A DNA stretch of 63,504 bases, filler included, from Octopus bimaculoides (Eukaryota): assembly GCF_001194135.2 (NCBI RefSeq). It is 8 parts of 6 records of this genome, joined end to end, with 100 filler letters (N's around TTAATTAATTAA, not from the genome) between each part and the next. Parts side by side here need not be neighbours in the genome. Positions count along the whole stretch, not along the records: positions 7,885 to 11,502 come from NW_026382564.1; positions 11,603 to 31,286 come from NC_068993.1; 6 more parts are not named here. One strand, written 5' to 3'. The notes beneath the pieces were generated by a model. That model did no database searches, was not told where the DNA came from, and was given only the letters and a program-made list of their open reading frames with translations. The translations under genes and the position numbers were made by a program. This document shows, in pieces, positions 10,706 through 23,985 of this stretch (its first letter is position 1; every line of letters starts with the position of its first letter).

Positions 10706-11410
10706 ATCAGGGATTGGTCAGAGAGGAAAGTGTTTGTCTTCAGCCCTTTCAATCTCGTCCACCACACAACCTCTTTCGCCATGACCACCAGGCATATAAA
10801 CACAGTCTTTCCTTCCCGGTTAAAGGAAGACGGCGGGCGATGGATTCAGTTGACAGTACCACTACCACCCAACAACAACAACAACAACAGCAGCAACACA
10901 TCGAATACCACCACCCTACCCGACCGTCCAAATACACCCTCACACTATCCCTCTCACGGTAACATCACCAACGTTGCTACCATCCCACGCCCACCCCAAC
11001 ATCACCAACGTTAATGCCAACCCCCTCNNNNNNNNNNNNNNNNNNNNNNNNNNNNNNNNNNNNNNNNNNNNNNNNNNNNNNNNNNNNNNNNNNNNNNNNN
11101 NNNNNNNNNNNNNNNNNNNNNNNNNNNNNNNNNNNNNNNNNNNNNNNNNNNNNNNNNNNNNNNNNNNNNNNNNNNNNNNNNNNNNNNNNNNNNNNNNNNN
11201 NNNNNNNNNNNNNTCATGATTATCCTCCTCCTCCTCCTTATCATCATCATCATCATCATCGTCGTCGTCGTCACCAATATAGCAACAACAGAGAAACAAT
11301 TGCGAAATAAATGCAAGATAATTCCAATCACATGCATTCATACGTACATGTCATACACACTCACACACACACACATAAGTTGTTCCTACGTATGTATGTA
11401 TGTATGTATG

Positions 11411-11441
<31 letters not shown>

Positions 11442-11664
11442 GTATGGATCTATCTACCTATCTATCTATCTATCTATCTATCCATCTCTCTCTCTCTCTC
11501 TCNNNNNNNNNNNNNNNNNNNNNNNNNNNNNNNNNNNNNNNNNNNNTTAATTAATTAANNNNNNNNNNNNNNNNNNNNNNNNNNNNNNNNNNNNNNNNNN
11601 NNAAGTGAAAAAAAAAAAAAGAAATAGGAGCGAAATGAAATCTGTCATGACTCTTTATATTGGC

Positions 11665-11865
11665 TTCAAATTTTGGCACAGGGCCAGCAATGTTTAAGGG
11701 TGGGGTATGTTGATTATATCGACTCCATTACTCAACTGACACCCTGAAAGGACGAAATGCAAAGTTAACCTCGGTGGCATTTGATCCCAGAACGTTAAGA
11801 CAGACGAAGTGCTGCTAAGCCTTTCGCCCAGAGTGCTAACGATTCTGCCAGCTCACTGCCTTTCA
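11665..11865 (-). mobile_element. SINE family A copy
   Basis: aaattttggcacagggccagc...cctcggtggcatttga...gtgctaacgattctgccagctc. Confidence 0.8.
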
Positions 11866-12016
11866 TGCCATTAAGCAGCGTAAGACTAAAATAGACGGCA
11901 CTTAGCAAGTGTACTACGCAATAGGATCAATCGCAACCAGATGGTTGCGAAGCGAATTTCACAGACACATAGCCGTAGCCTTTGCTTGCATACGCACCCA
12001 CTCTACATATTAATTC

Positions 12017-12372
12017 TTTTGTTTCAGTTAGTTTGACTGCGGCCATGCTGGAGCACCACCTTTAGTCGAACAAATCGACCCTAGGATTTATTCTTTGTAA
12101 GCCTAGTACTTATCCTATCAGTTTCTTTTGCCGAACCGCTACGTTACGTGGGCGTAAACATACCAACATCGGTCGTCAAGCGATTAGTGGTGGGAGGAAA
12201 ACACAGACACACAAACATACACACACACACGCATATATGACGGTCTCCTTTCAGTTTCCGTCTACTAAATCCACTCACAAAGCTTTGGACGGCACGAGGT
12301 TATAGTAGAAAACACTTGCCCAAGGTGCCACGCAGTGAGACTGAACCCGGGACCATGTGGATGGTAAGAGTA
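12017..12372 (-). mobile_element. SINE family B copy
   Basis: Reverse complement of family B, from the 3' end (tttcagttagtttgactgcggccatgctgg) to the head (gactgaacccgggaccatgtgg). Confidence 0.85.
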
Positions 12373-12725
12373 ACACGATTAGATAGAGTGAAAAACGGGC
12401 TTTAAAATGATATATAAAGTCAAAGCAATTTAACGAAAATTTATTTGAAAATACATGATTTAAAACCAAAATTAAAAATTCCGCAAGAACTTGACCCTAT
12501 TTATAATTTTGATGGTTGGGTATACCTTAGATACTTGCATTCTTAGCATAATTTTTTCGTTGAACACTTTGGAAATAAAGGCTTCTCCAATTCCCGCCAA
12601 GTGAGTTTCACTTGGAAGGTTCGGGTCGACCCGAAGGAATGTAAAACGCTTTTGCTCAAAATAGCACAAACTTAGTACCTCTTGATTCGGAAGCGATCTT
12701 CTTAAATACACGGCTGATATACAAA

Positions 12726-12773
<48 letters not shown>

Positions 12774-13341
12774 CGCACACGCACACTCACATATACATAT
12801 ATATCCATACATGCAATCATATTTACATTATACCTACATTTTTAGATAGATACATCGTCATCATTTTATATCTAATGTAGATTAAGTCAGATGTAACAAT
12901 AACCTCTTTGGTAGATTCCTTTTATATATATAGAATGAGATAGGCCGTTGTAGCATCTCCTTCGTTACATCATGATTGATGTCTGCGTGGAAGACAGATG
13001 TGCAAGCTTGTTTAAACATCATAGAATCATCTTGCGAAGAAAGACAAGTCTGGCAAAAACTTTTCTTAACTTTTATCATCATTTACATTATTTTAAAGTC
13101 TGCTGCAGCGACAACTATAACCCTGGTGGCTTTTAACTATCATTTATCAAGTAAGCTATCTAATTCAGAAGCTGATGTATATGTAATGTCTGGCTTTTAG
13201 ACCAACTCATTTAATAATTATTATTTTTTCTTTCTTTGCATAAAGTATCCCTGACAATCTAAAATATATATGTAATTCATTAGTTCGCTTGTCTCATCAT
13301 TTTTCTATCTTTCCATCCAGTTATATACTGCTGATTTTGAA

Positions 13342-14046
13342 CTACGATATTTCCACTTCAGACATAACGTTTTCTGATTTTTGTACTTCATAAGGTTGAC
13401 GGTTTAGCGAATTGCGTAGATAGAGGACTTAATACAATTAATAGAATTTAAACTTCAAGATTATGTAGTCCATAAAATAAATGACAAAAACGCCAACCAA
13501 ATTATAGTAATTCAAACATACACTTTCTGTTTTGTAGTTAATAAGTTTGACGGCTTAAGGAATATTTTGGATGTGGGGTTTAATAACATAAAAAGTTGTA
13601 ACATATGAGTATAGAATTTAGCTTGCAAAGTTAATATAGTCCATAAAATAAATGATAAAATCACTAACACAATTATAACGATTTCCACTTCAAACATACA
13701 TTTCTGATTTTTCTACAAAATAAAGTTGATGACTTAGGGAATAGAGTAAAAATGTGACTTAATAATACGAATGTCGTAACATTCAAGTGTAGAATTTAGA
13801 TTGCAAGGATATGTAGTCCATAAAATAAATGACAAAATCATTAACCAAAATGAAATAATTTCGCCTTCAAACACACGTTTCTGATTTATGCATTTAATAA
13901 AGTTGATGATTTAGGGAATAGCTTAGAAATGGGACTTAATACTGCAAAAGTCGTATCATACGAGGGTGGAACTTAGATCGCAAAGTTAGGTTGTCGATAA
14001 AGTATATCAGAAGAACACCAACCAAATTATAGTAATTTCCACTGAG
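13342..14046. repeat. Degenerate tandem repeat, about 4 units of 171-177 bp
   Basis: Anchor gtccataaaataaatga at 13468, 13639 and 13816, with variant gtcgataaagtatatca at 13993; other motifs (ttcaaaca.ac.tttctgattt, taaagttga, gacttaat) recur at the same period. Confidence 0.85.
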
Positions 14047-14766
14047 TTTAGTTTCCAAGGTTGTGCAATCTATAAATTAGAGGATAAAAAGACCATCCAA
14101 ATTGTTTAGAAACGTGAATGATGGAATTTTGATGCTAGTTATTATTATTTCGCGTTTCTTCAAATTCTTTACCGTCTGCGTTCTACACCGAAGTCAGCTT
14201 TACCTTTCAACCCATCGGGGTTGATAAAATGGGTACCAGTTGAGCATTGAAATTGATGTATTCGACTAATTTCCTCTTCTCAGAAATATCTGGCCTTAAA
14301 CCAAAATTAGAGGGGATTAATATATCGAATCTGTATGTGCAGAAAATAAAGTGCCTTTCAAGTATCGGGGTCGATAGTATCGACTAGTACCCCCGTCTCC
14401 TCTATAAGTGCTGGCCTTGTATCGAAATCAGAAATCCTTATTTCGTATTCAGGTTATTCGCATTCGGATTTTTCAAGGTGATGGCCCAATTTCAATTCAC
14501 TGTTAAACCCTTCATCCTTAAACATTAGCGTCACTAGATCCTGTTTCCTTCTTAAATTAAACAGTTTATTCAAATAAAGGAAAGCCTGTTTGGTAATTTC
14601 TTTTGAAACAAGGAGTATAATTTCTAATAACCGGATGTTGAAGATTTGGCAAGTACAGACTTTTCTTAGGTTTCTGAATTTATGACAGATTTGCAAGATA
14701 AATCAAATTTCAATTGATAGTTTCAAATGCAGATTCTTTTCCAAAATATTTTCGGTTTCTTATATT

Positions 14767-14984
14767 CTTTTCTACTTTAGGCACAAGGCCCGAAATTTTA
14801 AGGGAGGAGGCTAGTCGGTTAGATCGACCCCAGTAGGCAACTGGTAATTAATTTATCGACCCCGAAAAGATAAAAGGCAAATTCGACCTCGGCGGAATTT
14901 GAACTCAGAACGTAACGGCAGACGAAATACCGCTAAGCATTTCGCTCGGCGTGCTAACGTTTCTACCAGCTCGACGCCGTATCA
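14767..14984 (-). mobile_element. Full-length family A SINE with 12-bp target-site duplication
   Basis: gtttcttatatt at 14755-14766 and 14985-14996 flanks an intact element with A and B boxes. Confidence 0.9.
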
Positions 14985-15210
14985 GTTTCTTATATTGATA
15001 CTAAAATGCGAATCTACCATTTTCGCTCAAAGCCCATATCAAAATGTAATCATTCCATAACATCGCCTCGTACATTATTAATATGAAAATAAAAATCTAC
15101 AGTTTGAGCAAAAATTATAGAATTATATGTGTGAAAATCTGTAATTTGAGTGCAACGCTCTGGTTCACAGTTTGTTCATATTCGATAATTTTAGTTTGCT
15201 ACCCAACGTA

Positions 15211-16369
15211 ATTCTGGTGCCTTGGACTAGAGGTATGATGCTTACACCTTCAGAGGAAACTGAAAGTTTTGCTTATGTTTTTTTTTTTCCTACGTCATCT
15301 TTTGCCATATAAATTTTGTACCTCTCTGACATTTCGAATCAGCTGCCATTGATGTAACTAATATCTTCCAGCTCAGCATAAAAAGTTAACAACTTTTTTT
15401 TTTTTGCCTTTTTTATCACATTACAATGACTTGGTGGTGTTCCTGTCACTTTTAATATTCAACAGCTCTCTCATTTATAAATACAGAGAGATGTGTTTTA
15501 ATGTGTTCTAAAGTGTTTGACGCAACGTCTTGAGAGGTTTTTCACCTCTCTGTGTTTCTGTCTCTCTTCTCTCACTCTCACCCTCTCTCTCTCTTTGTTT
15601 TATTTGCTTATGAATACATAAATAATGAACATGTCTTAGTGATTGTCGTTGTTAATGTGTCATCTGATAAAAATATTTACTACTAAAAACTGTGTCAGTT
15701 CATTGAATGGCTCTGACCATCGAAACCATTTGAACCTTTTCTGAAAGTATTCACTTCTGACAAAACTTCCCAGCGTCTGAAGCTGTTTGCTTTTTATAGA
15801 CGCTATAGTAAAACCATAATTAAATAATTCTAGTCTGTGTTTTTTGTTTTTCAAACTCATTCTCTGAATAGCGGTAGTAGAGAACTTTACGTGGGCTGTT
15901 TTAAACTTCTTAACACAAATTCTTTTCCAGAGAAATACACCAACACCCCACTTTATTTAAATGAGAACAATACTAAAAGCAAAGCAAAATCATTAGCACA
16001 ACGAACAAAATGATTAGCAGCATTTCTTCTGGCTCTGAGTTCAAATATCGCCGAGGCCAACTTTGGTTTATATCCCTTCGAGGTCGATAAAATAACGTGC
16101 CGGACAAGTACTAGCGTCATGTAATTAACTTTTACCCTCTTCCCTGAAGATTGCTGGCCTGGAACCCCGAAACGGAGCGGCGTCCCGTTTCAGCGGGAAT
16201 GTTATGATTTCGGTCACTTATACGTCATGGAAACCGGGTAACTGATTCGAAATGTCAAAGAGGCACAAAATTTATATAGCAAAAGATGACGTAGGATAAA
16301 AACATAAGCAATAATTTCAGATTCCTTTGAAGGTGTAAGCATCATACTTCTGGTCCAAGGCACCAGAAT
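15211..16369. repeat. Long inverted repeat (arms about 130 bp), probable non-autonomous DNA transposon
   Basis: 15211-15342 is the reverse complement of 16242-16369 with scattered mismatches (attctggtgccttgga...gacatttcgaatcag). Confidence 0.8.
16020..16162 (+). mobile_element. SINE family A fragment
   Basis: ctgagttcaaatatcgccgaggccaactttgg...gtcgataaaataa...gctggcct. Confidence 0.7.
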
Positions 16370-16812
16370 CCTAGGGATCGAGAAAAAAATATGCTGAAAG
16401 CACAATAAAAGATTTGGAATCTTTATTAAAGCTCTTAGTAACACAGAAAGGAAAATGTTCTCTATGTGGCTTGTGTGTTTTCTGTACTCTGGTTATATTT
16501 GTTTTCTTCTCTACGTTTTGTTTGCAATGTCCTGTAGCCAGATATGCACCTATATATACAGATAGACGTAGGTATGCACATACCTGTACATATATATGCA
16601 TATACTCATTTATTATTTGTTTATACCATCATTATTTCTGTATCTGTCTACATACACACATATACACATGCACACACGCACACACACATATATACTCATA
16701 TGTAAGTATGTATACACTTAAATATGTATGAATGTTTGTATGTATGTATATTTCATATTTGCAAGTATTATATGTGTGCAAGTTGGTGTGTGTGTATCTG
16801 TGTGTATGTGTG

Positions 16813-16849
<37 letters not shown>

Positions 16850-17924
16850 GTGTATTTGTGTGTGTGTAGACACGCATGTTTATGTTTGTGTCTAGCGATA
16901 CACCTTTAGTAATCATTGTACTTATATATAAATATTGAAGTATGAACTCATACTCAGGCATGCGTGCTCTTATTTCTCTATACAATTTTTTATGTATTTC
17001 TCTGTCTGTAGAAAATAGCTTTCGCATATTATATATTCAAGCACGCACACACTTGCACACGCAGACACATACAACACACCCACACACCACACACACATAC
17101 GTACATATAAGTGTCGTAGACTCACACAAACGTGTCTTGATCCAGACACGCGCAATTGGGTGCGTAGAAAGTAATATGTATGAATACCTTATAACTAGTT
17201 TGTGTACGCAAACATGACCAGCTAACTAATGTACTGTATTATTTCGCCGTCTCTCACGCCTTTCATTTTCCTTTAAATAACATACATCTAAATATTAAAA
17301 TACTTTCTTCCCCATTTACGTTCAACATCAAGTTTCTATTTGCGGCAGCTAATAAGAAAGAAAATTGCGAGATGTAGACGGCAAAACACATTCCGTTATT
17401 TTATCTTTATCTAATCGACAGACAATTTGTCTGTACCCATTTTTCGTTTTGGGTACTTAACTTCACCATCGACAAAGATTGGAAACGATATAGAAAATGG
17501 GGAATATAAAAGCCATAAAAAGGTTTAATTAATGCATAAAATAATGAACTAAGTATGGAACAAACAGCGAAATGAATAGCTACTTTTTCCATAAACATAA
17601 CATATCTAGATTATCTATTATTATTTCTTCATGTAATTCTTTTCTCGTAAACACATATTTAACAGTTTTCTCTCTCTGTCTCTCTCTCTGCCTCTCTCTC
17701 TGTCCCTCTCTTGCCTCCATTTCAATACAATACTTCATCTGTGTCTCATACAGCCGTGTCTTATCTACAGAAACACCGCCAGTCAAACAAACGACTAAGA
17801 AACGGTTACTTGTTTTCTTCAGAATAATATTAAAGAACATTAAAGAAAAAGCAACTTCGAAACGCGCGCGCGCACCCACACCCACGCTCACACACACACA
17901 AACGTACACACACACGCACACATA

Positions 17925-17957
<33 letters not shown>

Positions 17958-18227
17958 NNNNNNNNNNNNNNNNNNNNNNNNNNNNNNNNNNNNNNNNNNN
18001 NNNNNNNNNNNNNNNNNNNNNNNNNNNNNNNNNNNNNNNNNNNNNNNNNNNNNNNNNNNNNNNNNNNNNNNNNNNNNNNNNNNNNNNNNNNNNNNNNNNN
18101 NNNNNNNNNNNNNNNNNNNNNNNNNNNNNNNNNNNNNNNNNNNNNNNNNNNNNNNNNNNNNNNNNNNNNNNNNNNNNNNNNNNNNNNNNNNNNNNNNNNN
18201 NNNNNNNNNNNNNNNNNNNNNNNNNNN

Positions 18228-18293
<66 letters not shown>

Positions 18294-18879
18294 GCACATA
18301 TACATATATGATATGCATATAAATATAATATATATATACATACATGTATATATACATACACACACACACATGTATATATATGAGTGTGTATATGTGTGCA
18401 TGTATATATGTATATACCATATGTATGTATATACCTATGTATATATTATGCCTATCTATCGATCTACCTATGCGCATATGTGTGCATATATTTATGTATA
18501 TACTCATCTATCTATGAATGTGAATACACACACACACACGCACACACAAACACACACACACGCATACAGACTCACGCACCCCAGCAGCCATCATCTGATA
18601 AATTATATTGTTGTTATTGCTGTTGTGATTGTTGTTGTTGTGCTTTCGTTTCGTCGACTCATTTATATACAGAATGAGAGATTACGAGATTAAAGATGGA
18701 ATGAGAGAGAGTAGGAGAGAGAGTGAAAGTGAGAAAGAGAGAAAGAGAGAGAGGGAGAGAGAGATACAGAGAAAGTGGAGGGGTTTAGAGCTGACATTTG
18801 GTAAAGAGCAATGCTGTTAGTGAACCACAGTAAAAGAAGCGTCTACCAACGTGAATGGCGTCGCTGTTGTTGTTGCTTC

Positions 18880-19198
18880 TTCTTCTTGTTCTTCTTTCTC
18901 ATCTTGTTCTTCTTGTTCTTCCTTGTTTTTGTTCTTTTCCTGTTTTTTCTTCGTCTTTTTGATGATGAAGATGATGGTGATGACAGCAGCTATGATGATG
19001 ATGATGTCGTGACGATGATGATGATGAGGATGATGATGATGGTGTTCATAATGATGATGATGGTCATGATGGTGATGGTGATAACAGGGATGATGACGAT
19101 CATAATGGTGATGATGATGAAAAGTAATGATGATGATGATGATGACGATGACGACGACGACGATGATGATGATGATGATGATGATGAATGATGAGGAA

Positions 19199-19233
<35 letters not shown>

Positions 19234-19289
19234 GGGCGATGAGGAAGATGATGATGATGATGATGTTGATGATGTTGATGATGGTGATG

Positions 19290-19321
<32 letters not shown>

Positions 19322-19807
19322 GAATGATGATGATGATGATGGTGGTGGAGGTGATGATGATGATGGTCATGATGGCAATGGTGATAACAGTGATGATGAT
19401 GATGATGATGATGGAGACGGTGCCGATGTTAATGTCGGTGTTGTTACATTCGTTGTTGCCTTCTAGTTTTGTTAGTGTGGAAAGGAATAAAAAAAAGTGA
19501 GAAAAAAAAGGAACATTAANNNNNNNNNNNNNNNNNNNNNNNNNNNNNNNNNNNNNNNNNNNNNNNNNNNNNNNNNNNNNNNNNNNNNNNNNNNNNNNNN
19601 NNNNNNNNNNNNNNNNNNNNNNNNNNNNNNNNNNNNNNNNNNNNNNNNNNNNNNNNNNNNNNNNNNNNNNNNNNNNNNNNNNNNNNNNNNNNNNNNNNNN
19701 NNNNNNNNNNNNNNNNNNNNNNNNNNNNNNNNNNNNNNNNNNNNNNNNNNNNNNNNNNNNNNNNNNNNNNNNNNNNNNNNNNNNNNNNNNNNNNNNNNNN
19801 NNNNTAA

Positions 19808-19899
<92 letters not shown>

Positions 19900-19926
19900 G
19901 CAATAACAATAATAATGATAATGATG

Positions 19927-20018
<92 letters not shown>

Positions 20019-20207
20019 AATGGTTTCAAATTTTGCCACAAGGACGGCAATTTTGGGGAGGGGATGACCCCAGTATTTAACTGGTACTTATTTTATCGCC
20101 CCCTAAAGGATGAAAAGCAAAGTCGACCTCGGCGGAATTTGAACTCAGAACGTAGCGACGGGCAAAATATCGCTGTGTTAACGAGTTTGCCAGCGCACCA
20201 CCTTAAC

Positions 20208-20256
<49 letters not shown>

Positions 20257-20600
20257 GCGACTATTATCATTATTATTATAGCAATAATGATTTCTTGTAT
20301 TGGCTACTCAGGCTGAAGACATTGGAGAATAATAAACGTAACAAGAAATAAATTAAAAGACAACACTAACAATAACAAGAAAACCCAGCAACAGTAAAAA
20401 CAGTTATAACAGCGACAATGATGGTGGTCGGTGATGATGATGATGAGGATAATGCGGCGGAGGAGGTGGAGGAGGAGGAGGAGGAGAACGATGATGACGA
20501 TGATAATGCTGATGGAGCGGGCATTGATGATGACGATTGACATTGGAGGTGATGATGGTGACAACGACAAGAACGATGACATCAAGCCGATAGAGTAGGA
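18880..20600. repeat. (gat)n, (aat)n and (aag)n trinucleotide fields
   Basis: Read directly from the sequence; explains the poly-D/M/N/I ORFs. Confidence 0.9.
20022..20205 (-). mobile_element. SINE family A copy
   Basis: aaattttgccacaagg...gtcgacctcggcggaatttgaactcagaacgta. Confidence 0.8.
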
Positions 20601-21608
20601 GAAAATGTTTGATAATTATCATACATGCATGGATATATATATATATATANNNNNNNNNNNNNNNNNNNNNNNNNNNNNNNNNNNNNNNNNNNNNNNNNNN
20701 NNNNNNNNNNNNNNNNNNNNNNNNNNNNNNNNNNNNNNNNNNNNNNNNNNNNNNNNNNNNNNNNNNNNNNNNNNNNNNNNNNNNNNNNNNNNNNNNNNNN
20801 NNNNNNNNNNNNNNNNNNNNNNNNNNNNNNNNNNNNNNNNNNNNNNNNNNNNNNNNNNNNNNNNNNNNNNNNNNNNNNNNNNNNNNNNNNNNNNNNNNNN
20901 NNNNNNNNNNNNNNNNNNNNNNNNNNNNNNNNNNNNNNNNNNNNNNNNNNNNNNNNNNNNNNNNNNNNNNNNNNNNNNNNNNNNNNNNNNNNNNNNNNNN
21001 NNNNNNNNNNNNNNNNNNNNNNNNNNNNNNNNNNNNNNNNNNNNNNNNNNNNNNNNNNNNNNNNNNNNNNNNNNNNNNNNNNNNNNNNNNNNNNNNNNNN
21101 NNNNNNNNNNNNNNNNNNNNNNNNNNNNNNNNNNNNNNNNNNNNNNNNNNNNNNNNNNNNNNNNNNNNNNNNNNNNNNNNNNNNNNNNNNNNNNNNNNNN
21201 NNNNNNNNNNNNNNNNNNNNNNNNNNNNNNNNNNNNNNNNNNNNNNNNNNNNNNNNNNNNNNNNNNNNNNNNNNNNNNNNNNNNNNNNNNNNNNNNNNNN
21301 NNNNNNNNNNNNNNNNNNNNNNNNNNNNNNNNNNNNNNNNNNNNNNNNNNNNNNNNNNNNNNNNNNNNNNNNNNNNNNNNNNNNNNNNNNNNNNNNNNNN
21401 NNNNNNNNNNNNNNNNNNNNNNNNNNNNNNNNNNNNNNNNNNNNNNNNNNNNNNNNNNNNNNNNNNNNNNNNNNNNNNNNNNNNNNNNNNNNNNNNNNNN
21501 NNNNNNNNNNNNNNNNNNNNNNNNNNNNNNNNNNNNNNNNNNNNNNNNNNNNNNNNNNNNNNNNNNNNNNNNNNNNNNNNNNNNNNNNNNNNNNNNNNNN
21601 NNNNNNNN

Positions 21609-21680
<72 letters not shown>

Positions 21681-22825
21681 CTTCACTATTATCATTATTG
21701 TTGCTACTGTTATAATTTTTTATTATTGTTATTATTATTATCATTATCATTATTATTAATATTATTACTATTATTATTATTAATACGTTCGTTCTGTGAT
21801 TTTTTTTTTTTTTGAAATTGGAATCGAAGTATCAATTAGAAATGCAATTGTTGATTGACACAGTTGTAAAATTAATCAATACTATCTAATTACAGTTATA
21901 ACTTTGTCAAGTGGTATGAACTTGACGTTTATTGCATTCACCAACCTTACAACTGCTTTTTTTTTTAATATTGCATCATTTTATTAACTTTTTTTTTTAA
22001 TAGAATTTACTATCAGTGCGTTTGACACGTACGAATGAAATAAGCAAAGGGTTTTAAAAATGCATAGGGAAATTGGGGAGAGAAAACGAATTAAAGAATG
22101 GAAGTAGTTTAAAATATTGTTATTTTATTTATTTATTTGATCATAATTCACAGATGAAATTAAACCTTCTCTGACACTTAATTAAGATGTCGTTGTGACA
22201 TTATCAGACATCTTTCTCTGTACGCAACCGTGTGTTCAGGATTAGGTACCAAGGAAGATGAGATTTAAACTGACTCGAACGAATTAATAATTATCATGGA
22301 GCGGAAGGAGTTGATTTTAGATCTATTACGACTTAGAAAAAATTGATTCTTAACCTGGACGATAGCGCCACCTTGTGAACGTTTTGATCTCACAAAGGAG
22401 AAAATAGAGAATGCCAAGGAAGTGTTAGGCGTCGTGATTTTTCTAACAAACAATAAAAAAGAAAACGAAATATTTAAATGGTATTTATATTTTACTACTT
22501 ATTACTTGTGTTTTAGTACTTATATATTTTAGTACTTATCTAGATAAAGAATATCTTTTAGTACTAGTGAATCAGTACAGGTTTATTTTAGCAATTATTT
22601 TAGTATTTGTATTTTCCTATTTATATATTTCATTTCTAACTAGCAATGCACCCCGGCGTTGCCCGTGTGTTATGACCTACAGCTACATTGTATTATTTCT
22701 TCTTTTCTTATAGGCAGAATAGTCATACGAGGAGTATGGAGCAAACAACTCTTCTTTATAAACATGTTTTTAGGTCATTTTCTGATGAACGACGCTGCAG
22801 TTACAATCTACCAAATTCAGGCACA

Positions 22826-22938
22826 AATCTGTGGTTGACCTAGGGCTATAGTAGAAAACACTTGCCCAAGGTACCATGCAGAGGGACTGAACGTGGAACC
22901 GTGTGGTTGGGAAGCAAACTTCTCAACCACACAGTCAT
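22826..22938 (-). mobile_element. SINE family B head fragment
   Basis: ggctatagtagaaaacacttgcccaaggtaccatgcagagggactgaac...aaccacacagtc. Confidence 0.75.
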
Positions 22939-23189
22939 TTTTGCACCTAATATGTGTGTGTGTGTAGGTGTGTGTGTGTTTATATTTGTTAAATCAAACA
23001 TTGTGCCCCAGTGTATCTCAATGTTAGCAGTTCATCAAGCAGAGATCTATAAAATAAATGCCAGATTGAAATACGTAGTAAGGTGAGTATGGTCAATTAA
23101 ATTTTTGAAGATGATACCCCATCATGGTGACAGTCGAAAGACTAAATCCAGTAAAATGATGTTTAAAGACTTAATGGCTTCAAATTTAA

Positions 23190-23409
23190 CCCTTTAATAT
23201 TCAAACCGACCATATTCGGCCCAAATATCCTACCGGTTTTGCGTTGAAACTGGCCAGATCAAGCCTCTCACTCCTACCATACAATGTCATTCTAATAGTA
23301 AGCTACCACATCATCAAAATACTAAAGCTATGCGGTAATAAATGATTACTTCCAACCAATGTGAACGAATAACCATCACATTTGACTAAGTAATCTGGAT
23401 GCTAAAGAG
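23190..23409. mobile_element. piggyBac-type MITE
   Basis: TTAA (23186-23189) CCCTTTA...ctAAAGAG TTAA (23410-23413): TTAA duplication with short imperfect TIRs. Confidence 0.7.
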
Positions 23410-23829
23410 TTAAGGTAATGGATTACCAGCCACAAGATGAGTTCAAAACTTCGTATTGAATTGCCACTCTATATGATAGTACTATATATACATCTCAGTC
23501 TACTTGACTTCCAAAAATTTACAATTGTAATTTGAAGTGCAATGGTTACCAGTAAGAAAGATGTCCAGATTTCTTTTAAAATCATTGTACAAAATATTCT
23601 GAGAAAAAGTACTTTTTTCACCACAGCAAAACACACACACACAGAGCTGTGTCTTTGGTAACTTGAGCTACTACATACAGCAGTCAAATCTCTCTTAAAA
23701 CATCCGTTCATCAAAAGAAAGACACAGATTTACAGTCTTTCAGGAAGGAAAAAAAATGTATGCGATGGGTCTGCTATATCAGAGGCAACTCTGAGCTAAC
23801 CAAAACACAAACAAACATACTTCACAATA

Positions 23830-23985
23830 CTTCAGAATTTGACTGGTACTTTATTTTATAAATTTCAGAAGGATGGAAAACAAAACTGGCCTCTCTGTGA
23901 TTTGAATTTAGAGCGTAAAGATTCGTAGTTAATTTCCGCGATGCATTTTCACCGCTCTGCCGATTCACCCAATCCCCCGTCAGCT
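23830..23985 (-). mobile_element. Old family A SINE
   Basis: gactggtactttattttat...gaaggatgga...gatttgaatttagagcgtaaag. Confidence 0.6.

Noticed and set aside
12960-13030. Two further ATGAT|GT sites on the minus strand
   Set aside because: Neither has Spt3-like upstream residues and both donors are poor.
16143-16175. CTGAAGA...CGAAAC hammerhead-like string
   Set aside because: No pairable stem II; the first half is the ordinary family A SINE 3' end.
18823-18962. AACCACA followed by ATG GCG TCG (MAS...), reminiscent of the vertebrate Runx P1 MASNS exon
   Set aside because: The ORF continues as low-complexity MASLLLLLL... to a stop with no clear donor; one RUNX motif is expected by chance.
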